Origin: Desulfotalea psychrophila LSv54
Lineage (GTDB): Bacteria; Desulfobacterota; Desulfobulbia; Desulfobulbales; Desulfocapsaceae
Reading direction: 5' to 3'
Length of the DNA: 32,000 nucleotides
Assembly: GCF_000025945.1 (NCBI RefSeq)
Contig: NC_006138.1
Span: 3,491,384-3,523,383 of the forward strand
The notes under the pieces are model-generated. The model saw only the letters and a program-made list of their open reading frames with translations, did no database searches and was not told the DNA's origin. Made by a program: the position numbers and the translations under genes. This document shows positions 1 to 9,601 of the stretch, piece after piece (position 1 is the first letter of the stretch; each line of letters begins with the position of its first letter).

Positions 1-2
1 AG

Positions 3-584
3 GAGGCCATCGCCCTCGATATTGGCTGTGGCAAAACACAGAACAGGGCCCCATGCCAACTGGCAGGCTATCAATATCTCGGCATTGACTACCGCGAAGC
101 AGATGCTCTTTTCCTGGCCGATGCCCAGGCCCTGCCTCTGGCGGATAACAGTATCGACTTTGCCCTCTCCCTTGCCGTCCTTGAGCACCTACCCCACCCT
201 GAAATCATGCTCAGAGAGGCCTTCAGAGTCCTGAAAAATGGCGCTAGATTCATTGGTTCCGTTGCCTTCCTCCAACCATTTCATGATGGTAGCTATTACC
301 ATTTCACCCACCTGGGGCTCTACTCTATGCTCCATGACATAGGCTTTGAAGTAGAGCTCATCGCCCCCAGCAGGGAATACTCAGTACTGATCGCCACGAG
401 CAGGCAGCTCTTTAGAAAAATGGATAGAAGGTACAGCAAAAAAATCATCCAACCCATAATCTTTCTCCATAAACTCTGGTGGAAATTCCAACCAATCAGC
501 CCCCATGACAGGGACCTCTCCGAAATCAAAAGATTATTAAAATTTTCCGGGGCCCACCACTTTGTTGTCCACAAAAAGCAGTAG
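3..584 (+). CDS. class I SAM-dependent methyltransferase (Methyltransf_11-like); the N-terminus lies upstream of the window
   Basis: Frame 3 is open from nt 3, with no stop before it joins the listed 207..584 ORF. It reads EAIALDIGCGKT (SAM motif I), then LADNSIDFALSLAVLEHLPHPE, then REAFRVLKNGARF, all typical of this family. Confidence 0.8.
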   Translation, partial: EAIALDIGCGKTQNRAPCQLAGYQYLGIDYREADALFLADAQALPLADNSIDFALSLAVLEHLPHPEIMLREAFRVLKNGARFIGSVAFLQPFHDGSYYHFTHLGLYSMLHDIGFEVELIAPSREYSVLIATSRQLFRKMDRRYSKKIIQPIIFLHKLWWKFQPISPHDRDLSEIKRLLKFSGAHHFVVHKKQ

Positions 585-622
585 AGAAAACGGGAAGCTA
601 AAACTATATCCTCACTGCCCTC

Positions 623-651
623 TTGTGGTTACAGCTCTTCGTTCCTATAAT
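623..651 (+). promoter_or_regulatory. candidate sigma-70 promoter for the 764..1315 gene
   Basis: TTGTGG (623-628), 17-nt spacer, TATAAT (646-651). The -10 is perfect and the -35 is weak. By-eye match only. Confidence 0.3.
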
Positions 652-763
652 CATGGCAGAGAATTTTTTGACTTACATGGGGAAGATTTGCCTTTGCCTA
701 AAACTATGGTATATCTTTAGCTTATAACATGACCACCTATTTCAACGGAAAAGGAGTGTCTTT

Positions 764-1315
764 ATGGACCAGGAAAAATGTACATTATTTAGCAGTGGCC
801 TCAAGGGTGCCGAAACATCATTTGGCGAAACAGCGGAAAAGTGGGGGGTAAAAGAGGTTATCTACTCTTTTGAAACCCATAAGCTGCAAAGAGAGCGAAA
901 CGTCATTCTCCTTAGCCAAGAAGAACTTGAACGTGGTGATATCAGTATGGAGCTTGCCTCGCGCATGCTCAACCGCACCTACTACGAAACTAAAAAGATT
1001 CGTAAGGTTCTGCAGACTATTTTTCATATGATTAACGGTGGCCATCAGGTTTTTGTTATTGGTACAATCCAGGACGATAAATCCGTAAAGGGTGGTACAG
1101 GTTGGGCAGTGGAACTTGCCAAAATGTTTAACCGACCACTGCATGTCTACGATCAACCAAACAAAAAATGGTTTACCTGGAAAAACGACTGGGTAGAAGA
1201 TGAGCCTACTATTGAATACGATACCTTTGTTGGCTCTGGAACCCGCTATCTAAGCGATGCAGGGCACCAAGCCATTGAAGATCTTTTTGCCAGATCATTT
1301 AAAGAAACGAATTAA
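764..1315 (+). CDS. hypothetical protein with distant SLOG-fold resemblance (DprA/Smf, LOG, YpsA/MoCo-carrier-like Rossmannoid)
   Basis: AAGGAG lies 8 nt upstream of the ATG. The N-terminal LFSSGLKGAETSFGETAEKWG resembles the SG-x-x-G-x-D/E helix-start motif of DprA/YpsA. KGGTGWAVELAKMFNRPLHVYD resembles the GGT...EL..A....KP second glycine-rich motif. The gene has its own terminator at 1334-1368. Confidence 0.55.
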   Translation: MDQEKCTLFSSGLKGAETSFGETAEKWGVKEVIYSFETHKLQRERNVILLSQEELERGDISMELASRMLNRTYYETKKIRKVLQTIFHMINGGHQVFVIGTIQDDKSVKGGTGWAVELAKMFNRPLHVYDQPNKKWFTWKNDWVEDEPTIEYDTFVGSGTRYLSDAGHQAIEDLFARSFKETN

Positions 1316-1333
1316 GAACCGTTCTAAAAGAGA

Positions 1334-1368
1334 GGTCATGGAAGAATTGCTTCTATGACCCTTTTTTT
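1334..1368 (+). terminator. rho-independent terminator of the 764..1315 gene
   Basis: 11-bp stem GGTCATGGAAG / CTTCTATGACC (one G-U pair), 5-nt loop AATTG, then C plus T7 (1362-1368). Confidence 0.85.
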
Positions 1369-1469
1369 CATCCTCCCTACCAAAAAAAATTCTGGCAACA
1401 AATACCAGTATCACCTTGCATTTACGGACTTTTCGCTGAATAACTGCAATTCATCCCTTTTTTTTTTCG

Positions 1470-1499
1470 TTGACATGATCCGCCAACAAAGGTTATATG
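1470..1499 (+). promoter_or_regulatory. candidate sigma-70 promoter for carAB
   Basis: Consensus TTGACA (1470-1475), a 17-18 nt spacer, then TTATAT/TATATG (1493-1499). This would give a 5' UTR of about 175 nt ahead of carA. Confidence 0.4.
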
Positions 1500-1682
1500 T
1501 TGTCGTTTTGTCTACAACCTACAGACCAAAAAAGATACTCATCTCCTTCTTTTTCCGTTGAAACAAGAACGGCCACCTTGATGACTCTCCTTTTGCTGCC
1601 ATGCGCAGAAAACAAATAGTAACAGCACGCCTCAGTTCATCTTCACGCGCCACCAATGTGGCCACAAAAGAGGGAAGAAGTA

Positions 1683-2810
1683 ATGAAAGCAATTATCGCT
1701 TTAGAAGACGGCACTATTTTTGAAGGTAAATCGTTCACCGGTCGCGGAGAGGCAATTGGTGAAATCGTATTTAACACTTCTATGAGTGGTTATCAGGAAA
1801 TACTCACGGATCCATCCTACACCGGTCAGATAGTTACAATGACCTATCCCATGATCGGTAACTATGGGATCAACCCTGAAGATATGGAATCTTCTTCGGT
1901 GCATCCAAAGGCATTTCTTGTAAAAGAATACAACGCTTTCCCATCAAACTATCGTTCAACCCAGCCTCTCGCCCAGTTCCTGGAAACATACGGAGTCCTT
2001 GGCGTAGAGGGATTTGACACCAGGGCCCTGGTTCGACACATCCGTAAGGCCGGTGCCATGAAAGGTATCGTCTCCACCGAAGACCTTGACCATGCATCTC
2101 TTGTTAAGAAGGCTCAGGAGTGGACAGGCCTCGTCGGTCAAAACATGGTTGAACGGGTTTCCTGCGAAAAGCCCTATGGCTGGGCCGACAATATGCCTCT
2201 CAGCGGCAGCAACTTCAGCACAGCAAAGTCTGCGGATAATAACGAAAAAGCATTTAAGGTTGTAGCCTTTGACTTTGGCATCAAGTACAACCAACTGCGC
2301 ATCCTTGCAGAGAAAGGTTGCCAGGTACAGGTAGTACCTGCCACAACCAGCGCCCAGGCAGTGCTTGACATGAATCCCGATGGCATTTTCCTCTCCAACG
2401 GCCCCGGCGATCCGGAAGGCGTTGAGGGCGTTGTTGACACCATCCGTGAACTGCTCGGCAAAAAACCAATCTTTGGCATCTGCCTTGGTCACCAAATACT
2501 CGGCCTGGCCTATGGAGCCCGTAGCTACAAGCTCAAGTTTGGTCATCGCGGCGGCAATCAGCCGGTAAAGAATTTAGAAACAGGCAAGGTAGAAATCACC
2601 TCCCAGAATCATGGTTTCTGCATTGACACGACAAGCCTGAACGAGGAGGATGTAAAAATCACTCACATCAACCTCAACGACAATTCCGTTGAAGGAATGC
2701 GTCACCGAAAATTCCCTGCTTTCTCAGTACAATATCACCCAGAACATGCACCTGGTCCACACGATGCGACCTACCTCTTCGATGAATTCATCGAGATGAT
2801 GCAGCAGTAG
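1683..2810 (+). CDS. carA: carbamoyl-phosphate synthase small (glutaminase) subunit
   Basis: MKAIIALEDGTIFEGKSF...YQEILTDPSY..QIV.MTYP.IGNYG N-terminal domain, and the GATase triad region GICLGHQ ... HPE. I prefer the start at 1683 (GAGGGAAG Shine-Dalgarno) over the listed 1656. Confidence 0.95.
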   Translation: MKAIIALEDGTIFEGKSFTGRGEAIGEIVFNTSMSGYQEILTDPSYTGQIVTMTYPMIGNYGINPEDMESSSVHPKAFLVKEYNAFPSNYRSTQPLAQFLETYGVLGVEGFDTRALVRHIRKAGAMKGIVSTEDLDHASLVKKAQEWTGLVGQNMVERVSCEKPYGWADNMPLSGSNFSTAKSADNNEKAFKVVAFDFGIKYNQLRILAEKGCQVQVVPATTSAQAVLDMNPDGIFLSNGPGDPEGVEGVVDTIRELLGKKPIFGICLGHQILGLAYGARSYKLKFGHRGGNQPVKNLETGKVEITSQNHGFCIDTTSLNEEDVKITHINLNDNSVEGMRHRKFPAFSVQYHPEHAPGPHDATYLFDEFIEMMQQ

Positions 2811-2858
2811 CAGGGATATTTCTTAAATTCTTCATCCTCAACGTATAGAGACAGAATC

Positions 2859-5800
2859 ATGCCAAAAAGAACAGATATAAAAAAGATTCTCATCATCGGC
2901 TCTGGCCCAATTATTATCAGCCAGGCCTGTGAGTTTGATTACTCCGGCGCCCAGGCGGTAAAGGCCCTGAAAGAAGAGGGATATGAGGTCATCCTCATCA
3001 ACTCTAATCCGGCAACCATCATGACGGATCCGGAACTTGCCGATGCCACCTACATAGAGCCCATCACCCCGGAATGCGTTACCAAGGTTATTGCCAAGGA
3101 GCGTCCAGACGCTCTTCTGCCTACCCTTGGTGGGCAGACAGCCCTGAACACCGCCATCAAGCTCGCCGAGCTAGGTGTTCTGGAACAGTACAATGTTGAG
3201 CTATTAGCTGCCGATATTGCCGTGATCAAGAAGGCCGAGGGCCGGGAAGAGTTCCGTGATGCCATGCACGCAATCGGTCTCAATGTGCCAGAGTCTGCCA
3301 TCGTCCACGACCTTGAGTCCGCCATGGCAGCAGGCGAGGACATTGGTTTTCCAATCATCGTTCGCCCAAGCTTTACCCTCGGTGGAACAGGTGGTGGTAT
3401 TGCCTACAACCGCCAGGAACTGGAAGAGCTCTGTACCTCTGGCCTCGACCTCTCCATGACCACCGAGATCATGGTAGAGCGCAGTCTGCTTGGCTGGAAA
3501 GAGTTTGAGCTTGAGGTTATGCGCGATAAAAATGACAACGTTGTTATCATCTGCTCCATTGAAAACATCGATGCCATGGGCGTCCATACCGGTGACTCCA
3601 TCACCGTGGCCCCAGCCCAAACCCTCACCGACCGTGAATACCAGGAAATGCGTGATGCGGCAGTTGCCATCATCCGCGAGATCGGCGTTGAAACCGGTGG
3701 TTCCAATGTCCAGTTTGCGGTGAATCCTGCCGATGGCGAACTGATGATCATTGAGATGAATCCTCGTGTTTCCAGAAGTTCAGCCCTAGCCTCCAAGGCA
3801 ACGGGTTTTCCTATTGCCAAGATTGCAGCAAAGCTTGCCGTTGGCTACACCCTCGATGAACTGAAAAATGACATCACCGAGGAGACCTACGCATCCTTTG
3901 AACCCACCATCGATTACTGTGTGGTTAAGATCCCTCGCTGGACCTTTGAGAAGTTCCCCGAGGCCGAGGATAAACTCTCCACAGCCATGAAGTCCGTCGG
4001 CGAAACCATGTCCATGGGTCGTACCTTCAAGGAGGCATTCCAAAAGGCAATGCGCTCGTTGGAAACAGGACGGGCAGGATTTGGTGGCGACGGCAAAGAG
4101 TTGCTCACCGACATCGATGCCATAGACCTTGAGCATAACCTACGTACCCCGAACTCCAAAAGAGTCGGCTACATCCACGAGGCTCTCAAACGTGGTATGT
4201 CCCTGGAAGAAATCCACGAATTCACCTTAATCGACCCATGGTTTCTCTACAATTTCAAGCAGATTGTTGAAAAAGAGGAAGAGATCATCGCGCACGGCTT
4301 TCAGGGCATCGACGCTGAGTTCCTTCGTGGCTGCAAAGAGTACGGTTTTTCCGACATCCAGCTCGGCTACCTGACCGGCACCACCGAGGACGATATCCGC
4401 AAGCTCCGTCTGGAGATGGAGATAAGGCCTGTATACAAGATGGTTGATACCTGCGGTGCTGAATTTGAGTCTAACACCCCATACTACTACTCAACCTACG
4501 AGCAGGAAAATGAGGCCATTGAAACCTCCGGCAAAAAAATTATCATTCTTGGTGGCGGGCCCAACCGTATCGGTCAGGGCATTGAGTTTGATTACTGCTG
4601 TGTCCATGCAGCCTTTGCCCTGAAGGAACTTGGGGTTGAATCTATCATGATCAACTCCAACCCAGAGACGGTCTCCACCGATTATGACACCTCCGATAAG
4701 CTCTACTTCGAGCCCCTTACCCGTGAGGATGTACTCAATATCATCGAACAGGAAAAACCCTATGGAGTCATTGTTCAATTTGGTGGACAGACACCTCTCA
4801 ACCTTGCTGTCCCCCTTGAAAATGCGGGTATAAGGATCATTGGCACCCAGCCGGATGCCATTGACCGGGCCGAGGACCGTAAGCGTTTCCAACAGTTTCT
4901 GCAAAAACTGGGTCTGCGTCAGCCGGAAAATGATACCGTATCTACCCTTGAAGAAGCACTCGCGTCAGCAAACCGCATTGGCTATCCCGTTGTGGTTCGT
5001 CCCTCCTATGTACTGGGTGGACGAAACATGCGTATTGTCTATACAGACCAAGGTATTCGCGATTTCATGATTGCCGTTGGTGGCACCAATTTGGAACATC
5101 CTATCCTCGTTGATAAGTTCCTCCAGGAAGCCATTGAAGTTGATGTCGACGCCCTCTGTGATGGCGAAGATACCATTATCGGCGGCATCATGGAGCATAT
5201 TGAAGAGGCAGGTATTCACTCCGGAGATTCATCCTGTGTATTGCCTCCACACACCCTCTCTCTTGAGCTGGTAAAAGAGATCAAGGCTGCTTCAAAGGCC
5301 ATGGCCAAAGAGCTTGGCGTTATCGGCCTGATGAATGTTCAGTTCGCCATCAAGGACAAGCAAGTCTATATTCTTGAAGTGAACCCTCGCGCCTCCAGAA
5401 CCGTCCCCTTTGTCAGCAAGGCAACGGGAGTACCTCTGGCCAAACTCGCCACCAAGGTAATGATGGGTGCACGCCTCAAGGATCTTGGACTCACTCGCGA
5501 CCCCTACATTGATCATTGGGCCGTTAAAGAGGCTGTTTTTCCCTTTGATCGCTTCGACAAGGTAGATACCCTCTTGGGACCTGAGATGAAATCAACCGGT
5601 GAAGTTATGGGCATTGACGATAACCTCGGTCTTGCCATTGCCAAGGCACATCTGGCATCCGGTTCAACCCTGCCCACGGAAGGAACTGTCTTTATCAGTG
5701 TTCGAGACAACGATAAGGCACACAGCGTTGAGGTGGCAAAGTCACTCCTGCAACTTGGATTTTCTATCTGTGCCACCGCAGGCACCGCCCAATATCTCCA

Positions 5801-6080
5801 AGATAAGGATATCGACTGTAGCCCAGTGAACAAGATCAGTCAGGGACGTCCACATATTCTTGACAAGGTGCAGGATGGTCAAATCGCCTGGATCATAAAC
5901 ACCTCACTGGGAAGACGCACCACCGAAGATTCTTACCAGATCCGCAGATCGGCCCTTGATTATCACATTCCATACACCACCACCATCACCGGTGCTGCGG
6001 CAGTGATCAAGGCCATTCATGATCTCAGCACAAAAGAGCTTAACGTACAACCAGTTCAGTACTTTACCGGCAAAGAATAA
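2859..6080 (+). CDS. carB: carbamoyl-phosphate synthase large subunit
   Basis: 1073 aa. It has duplicated ATP-grasp halves (IGSGPI.I.QA.EFDYSG and [10 protein letters not shown]), an oligomerisation domain and a C-terminal MGS-like domain. It sits immediately downstream of carA. Confidence 0.97.
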   Translation: MPKRTDIKKILIIGSGPIIISQACEFDYSGAQAVKALKEEGYEVILINSNPATIMTDPELADATYIEPITPECVTKVIAKERPDALLPTLGGQTALNTAIKLAELGVLEQYNVELLAADIAVIKKAEGREEFRDAMHAIGLNVPESAIVHDLESAMAAGEDIGFPIIVRPSFTLGGTGGGIAYNRQELEELCTSGLDLSMTTEIMVERSLLGWKEFELEVMRDKNDNVVIICSIENIDAMGVHTGDSITVAPAQTLTDREYQEMRDAAVAIIREIGVETGGSNVQFAVNPADGELMIIEMNPRVSRSSALASKATGFPIAKIAAKLAVGYTLDELKNDITEETYASFEPTIDYCVVKIPRWTFEKFPEAEDKLSTAMKSVGETMSMGRTFKEAFQKAMRSLETGRAGFGGDGKELLTDIDAIDLEHNLRTPNSKRVGYIHEALKRGMSLEEIHEFTLIDPWFLYNFKQIVEKEEEIIAHGFQGIDAEFLRGCKEYGFSDIQLGYLTGTTEDDIRKLRLEMEIRPVYKMVDTCGAEFESNTPYYYSTYEQENEAIETSGKKIIILGGGPNRIGQGIEFDYCCVHAAFALKELGVESIMINSNPETVSTDYDTSDKLYFEPLTREDVLNIIEQEKPYGVIVQFGGQTPLNLAVPLENAGIRIIGTQPDAIDRAEDRKRFQQFLQKLGLRQPENDTVSTLEEALASANRIGYPVVVRPSYVLGGRNMRIVYTDQGIRDFMIAVGGTNLEHPILVDKFLQEAIEVDVDALCDGEDTIIGGIMEHIEEAGIHSGDSSCVLPPHTLSLELVKEIKAASKAMAKELGVIGLMNVQFAIKDKQVYILEVNPRASRTVPFVSKATGVPLAKLATKVMMGARLKDLGLTRDPYIDHWAVKEAVFPFDRFDKVDTLLGPEMKSTGEVMGIDDNLGLAIAKAHLASGSTLPTEGTVFISVRDNDKAHSVEVAKSLLQLGFSICATAGTAQYLQDKDIDCSPVNKISQGRPHILDKVQDGQIAWIINTSLGRRTTEDSYQIRRSALDYHIPYTTTITGAAAVIKAIHDLSTKELNVQPVQYFTGKE

Positions 6081-6134
6081 TTTCCTCCTCCCTACTCCGA
6101 GACATTAGAGTGGGACCGATAAAATACCAAAGAA

Positions 6135-6166
6135 GGGTGTAGGCCTAGACCTACACCCTTTTTTTT
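6135..6166 (+). terminator. rho-independent terminator of carAB
   Basis: 9-bp stem GGGTGTAGG / CCTACACCC, 6-nt loop, followed by T8 (6159-6166). Confidence 0.9.
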
Positions 6167-6321
6167 GGTACTTTTCTTATACAAACCATTTTAATGCTCG
6201 ACATAGCTTATTTATGTTTTAAAGTAGTGCCTTAGATTTATATTGTTTAGTATTTACTTTTTTTCTTGAGCGAAATTATATCGTTGCCTAGCACCGGTAA
6301 AAAGGGCGACCGGAGGTCTCT

Positions 6322-8376
6322 TTGAATACTTTTTACAAAAACTTGAGCATGTGGCTGGTCATTGGTCTTACCATGATTCTGCTCTTCAACCTCTTCAATC
6401 AACCCCAACCCACGAACAACAAAATCACCTACAGCGATTTTATCTCAAACGTTGAGAGCAAGGGCATCAGTCGTGTCAGTATCACGGGTGATACCATCAC
6501 AGGAAAACTACAAAACGGGCAAAGTTTTAAAACAATTTACCCAGCAAATGACGCTGAGATGATGTCAATACTACGCAAATCAGGCGTGGATATCGATATT
6601 AAAGAGGCAGAAAAAGATTCCTTTTTCACAACTCTTTTCATCTCTTGGTTCCCCATGTTGCTCCTCATCGGTGTCTGGATATTCTTTATGCGTCAGATGC
6701 AGGGTGGTGGCAAGGGCGGCGCTATGTCCTTTGGCAAAACCAAGGCCAAGCTCATCCCAGAAGAGAACAACACAGTTACCTTTGCAGATGTTGCCGGTAT
6801 TGACGAGGCCAAAGAAGAACTCGAAGAGATCGTTGATTTCCTCAAAGATCCAAGCAAGTTCACTGATCTTGGCGGAAATATACCAACGGGTGTGCTCCTC
6901 TCGGGCCCTCCGGGAACAGGTAAAACCCTGCTGGCCAGAGCAATCGCCGGTGAGGCTCAGGTTCCATTTTTCACCATTTCCGGTTCCGACTTTGTTGAGA
7001 TGTTTGTCGGTGTCGGTGCCTCCCGAGTTCGTGACATGTTTGCCGAGGGCAAAAAAAGTGCCCCATGTATCATCTTTATCGATGAAATTGATGCCGTAGG
7101 GCGTCACCGTGGGGCGGGACTTGGCGGTGGTCACGATGAACGTGAGCAAACCCTGAACCAACTCCTCGTTGAGATGGACGGTTTTCAAAGCAACGAAGGG
7201 GTTATTGTTATTGCGGCCACAAACCGCCCGGATGTACTTGATCCTGCCCTTCTTCGTCCAGGCCGTTTTGACCGTCAGGTAAATGTGCCCGTACCCGATC
7301 TGAAAGGACGTAAGAAAATCCTTGAGATATACGCCGCTAAAACCAAGATGGCGCCTATGATTGACCTCGAAATTCTTGCCCGAGGCACCCCTGGTTTTTC
7401 CGGTGCCGATCTTGAGAACCTGATCAACGAGGCGGCCCTTCTTGCTGCCAGAACAGGCAAAAAAGAGATCAACCTTGAGCTTCTTGAAAAGGCAAAGGAT
7501 AAGATCATGATGGGGCCTGAACGACGCTCCATGATGCTTAATGAAAAAGAGAAAGAGATCACTGCCTATCATGAGGCAGGTCACGCCCTTATTGCCTGGC
7601 TCTTGCCGGGAACAGATCCGGTCCACAAGGTAACCATCATCCCCCGTGGACGAGCACTTGGGGTTACCATGCAGTTGCCGGTGGATGAAAAATACACCCA
7701 CTCTAAAACATTTTTAGAGAACACCATCTGTATTCTTTTTGGTGGTCGTATTGCCGAGAAAATTATCTTTAACGAGATTACCACCGGGGCAGGCAATGAT
7801 ATTGAACGTGCCTCCGGCCTTGCCCGCAAGATGGTCTGCGAATGGGGTATGAGCGACGAGCTTGGTCCTATCACCTACGGTAAAAAGGAAGAGCAAATTT
7901 TCCTTGGCAGGGACATTGGTCAGGATCGTGGTTTTAGCGAAGCAACCGCCCAGGAGATTGATGCAGCCGTACGCAATATTGTTAACAAGGCATCTATAAG
8001 GGTAACAAGACTCTTAGAGGATCATAAAGATATCCTGAAGAAGATGTCCGAAGAGCTGATTGAGAACGAGACTCTCAACCTCGACGATATCGAAGAACTC
8101 ATCGAAAAGTTACGTCCCGGCCAGTACACAAGCAAAAAGCCCACGGTTGTTATGACCCAAAAAGAAGAACCAGTGGAGAAGGTACCGGTGGAAGAGCCGG
8201 TGATGGAAGAAGCGCCAGTGGAGGAACCAGTGGTGGAGGAAGCACCGGAAACGGCCAAAGCACCTCCTGCTGAAAAGAAGGCTCCGGCCAAGAAGGCTCC
8301 AGCTGTAGCCCCGGCTGACGCCCCCGAAGCTGCACGGGAAGCGGATATGCCAGCTAACCCCTTTGACAAAAACTAG
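6322..8376 (+). CDS. ftsH: ATP-dependent zinc metalloprotease FtsH with an extended acidic/Pro/Ala-rich C-terminal tail
   Basis: N-terminal TM segment, Walker A GPPGTGKT, Walker [12 protein letters not shown] region and zinc motif HEAGHA. TTG start at 6322 with GGAGG 5 nt upstream. Confidence 0.95.
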   Translation: MNTFYKNLSMWLVIGLTMILLFNLFNQPQPTNNKITYSDFISNVESKGISRVSITGDTITGKLQNGQSFKTIYPANDAEMMSILRKSGVDIDIKEAEKDSFFTTLFISWFPMLLLIGVWIFFMRQMQGGGKGGAMSFGKTKAKLIPEENNTVTFADVAGIDEAKEELEEIVDFLKDPSKFTDLGGNIPTGVLLSGPPGTGKTLLARAIAGEAQVPFFTISGSDFVEMFVGVGASRVRDMFAEGKKSAPCIIFIDEIDAVGRHRGAGLGGGHDEREQTLNQLLVEMDGFQSNEGVIVIAATNRPDVLDPALLRPGRFDRQVNVPVPDLKGRKKILEIYAAKTKMAPMIDLEILARGTPGFSGADLENLINEAALLAARTGKKEINLELLEKAKDKIMMGPERRSMMLNEKEKEITAYHEAGHALIAWLLPGTDPVHKVTIIPRGRALGVTMQLPVDEKYTHSKTFLENTICILFGGRIAEKIIFNEITTGAGNDIERASGLARKMVCEWGMSDELGPITYGKKEEQIFLGRDIGQDRGFSEATAQEIDAAVRNIVNKASIRVTRLLEDHKDILKKMSEELIENETLNLDDIEELIEKLRPGQYTSKKPTVVMTQKEEPVEKVPVEEPVMEEAPVEEPVVEEAPETAKAPPAEKKAPAKKAPAVAPADAPEAAREADMPANPFDKN

Positions 8377-8384
8377 TCCCATGG

Positions 8385-8421
8385 TTTTCCCGCATCCATG
8401 CAGTCCGTGGATGCGGGAAAA
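8385..8421 (+). other. strong stem-loop between ftsH and folP (not a canonical terminator)
   Basis: TTTTCCCGCATCCA / TGGATGCGGGAAAA forms a 14-bp perfect stem around a 9-nt loop. No U-tract follows on either strand. The 3' arm ends 5 nt before the folP ATG. Confidence 0.7.
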
Positions 8422-8426
8422 ATAGT

Positions 8427-9257
8427 ATGAAAAACACCCCTTCAGTAGTCCCCGGAAGTCCCATAAAGATCATGGGCATCCTTAACACCACTCCAGATTC
8501 ATTTTCCGATGGCGGCAACTACAATAGCGTCGACAAGGCCTTAGCCCAGGCGGAGAAGCTCATCGCCGACGGTGCCGACATTATTGATATTGGTGGTGAA
8601 TCGACCCGTCCAGGCTCTCTTCCAGTTTCGCTAGCCGAGGAGCTGCAACGGGTAATCCCTGTTATTTCTGCCCTGCACGCCATCTCTGCTATCACCATTT
8701 CCATAGATACCACCAAGGCAGAGGTTGCCCGTCAGGCTCTGCTCGCTGGTGCCCATATCATCAATGACATATCGGCCCTTTCCATGGATGAGGCAATGGT
8801 AGATGTCCTCCAAGACTCCACCGCAGATGTGGTGCTTATGCATATGCAGGGCAGGCCGGAAACCATGCAGAATGCACCGGTCTACGACAACGTCACCGAA
8901 GAGGTCTATCACTATTTTGAGAAGCGGATCGAATGGTTAGAGAAAAAAGGTATTAGCCGCAAACGAATCATCGTTGACCCGGGCATTGGCTTTGGCAAAA
9001 CCCTGCAGCATAATATTGAGCTACTTAAAAATCTCGATTTTATGGCCTCCCTGGGCTCTGCCCTCCTGCTTGGTCACTCACGTAAGAGGTTCCTAGGGGC
9101 CATTACCGGTCGCGACACGGGGGACAGGGATCTGGCAACGGCTGTAACCGCGGCCCTCTGCGCCTCACAAAAAATGGATATCGTTCGGGTACATAATGTG
9201 GCCGCAACCCGGGATGCCCTCCTTATCGCCGAGGCCTTGCGTAAAAAAAAGCTGTAA
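8427..9257 (+). CDS. folP: dihydropteroate synthase
   Basis: IMGILNTTPDSFSDGG, DIIDIGGESTRPG, INDISAL, DPGIGFGKT and LLGHSRKRF motifs. It follows ftsH, as in the E. coli ftsH-folP linkage. Confidence 0.95.
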   Translation: MKNTPSVVPGSPIKIMGILNTTPDSFSDGGNYNSVDKALAQAEKLIADGADIIDIGGESTRPGSLPVSLAEELQRVIPVISALHAISAITISIDTTKAEVARQALLAGAHIINDISALSMDEAMVDVLQDSTADVVLMHMQGRPETMQNAPVYDNVTEEVYHYFEKRIEWLEKKGISRKRIIVDPGIGFGKTLQHNIELLKNLDFMASLGSALLLGHSRKRFLGAITGRDTGDRDLATAVTAALCASQKMDIVRVHNVAATRDALLIAEALRKKKL

Positions 9258-9352
9258 GACTTGAGCTATCAGCTGTCAGAAACTGCCACTGCTTAAAAGC
9301 GAAAAGGAAAAGCAGTTAACCACTGGCAGCCAAGAGCACAGAGATAGAAAAA

Positions 9353-9374
9353 GATACGAGATACGAGATACGAG
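9353..9374. repeat. heptanucleotide tandem repeat (GATACGA)x3
   Basis: Read directly from the sequence: gatacga gatacga gatacga g. Confidence 0.95.
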
Positions 9375-9480
9375 AAAAAAAACTTAACAGCTGAAAAAAA
9401 AGATTAAAAGATTTTTAAAAATCAAGCTGTTAAATTACTCGCCACTCCGCTCCGCCACTCGTTTGACGCCACTCGTTGTC

Positions 9481-9510
9481 ACTCACTGCTACTCACTGCT
9501 ACTCGCTGCT
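9481..9510. repeat. decanucleotide tandem repeat (ACTCACTGCT)x3, third unit with one mismatch
   Basis: Read directly from the sequence: actcactgct actcactgct actcgctgct. It is preceded by CGCCACTC at 9440, 9453 and 9467 (13-14 nt period). Confidence 0.95.
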
Positions 9511-9601
9511 GCTCTTTCTAGTATCCGCCATTCCGCTAACGCTCCACTGCCGCCACTCCGCTCTGCTTCGCTGCTGCTCTTTCTCACAGAGAAAGAACAT
9601 A

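Larger units (their letters stand above)
9263..9596. repeat. modular non-coding repeat element, copy A (mosaic of short modules and tandem arrays)
   Basis: It shares an exact 23-nt block (9280-9302 = 31845-31867) and an exact 16-nt block (9308-9323 = 31796-31811) with copy C. The AGCTATCAG/CTGTCAG, GTTAACCAC, CACAGAG and GATAC(G/T)AG modules are shared with copy B. It contains no credible ORF. Confidence 0.85.

Noticed and set aside
22-234. 70-aa ORF in frame 1 at the window start
   Set aside because: It overlaps the frame-3 reading frame, which carries clear SAM-methyltransferase motifs and is open from nt 3. The frame-1 translation has no recognisable features.
1355-1561. 68-aa ORF between the SLOG-like gene and carA
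   Set aside because: It starts inside the terminator stem and runs through the candidate carAB promoter. It has no Shine-Dalgarno, and its low-complexity translation comes from T-runs.
1656-1682. Longer N-terminal extensions offered by the ORF track (carA 1656, ZraP-like 15316, RluA-family 17687, thioesterase 22509, Tim44-like 23621, radical SAM 25919, FKBP 28163)
   Set aside because: In each case an internal start has a better Shine-Dalgarno and/or gives the conserved family N-terminus or signal peptide. The extensions add non-homologous residues, and for FKBP the extension would consume the whole upstream intergenic region.
6580-7701. 373-aa ORF on the minus strand inside ftsH
   Set aside because: It is entirely antisense to a confidently identified FtsH coding region and has no recognisable motifs. 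This is a typical shadow ORF. The same reasoning applies to the antisense ORFs inside carA and carB (for example 1956..2546, 3204..3620, 4491..4904).
8385-8421. ftsH-folP hairpin as an intrinsic terminator
   Set aside because: No U-tract follows the stem on either strand (A-run downstream, T-run upstream). I kept it as a structural or regulatory stem-loop only.
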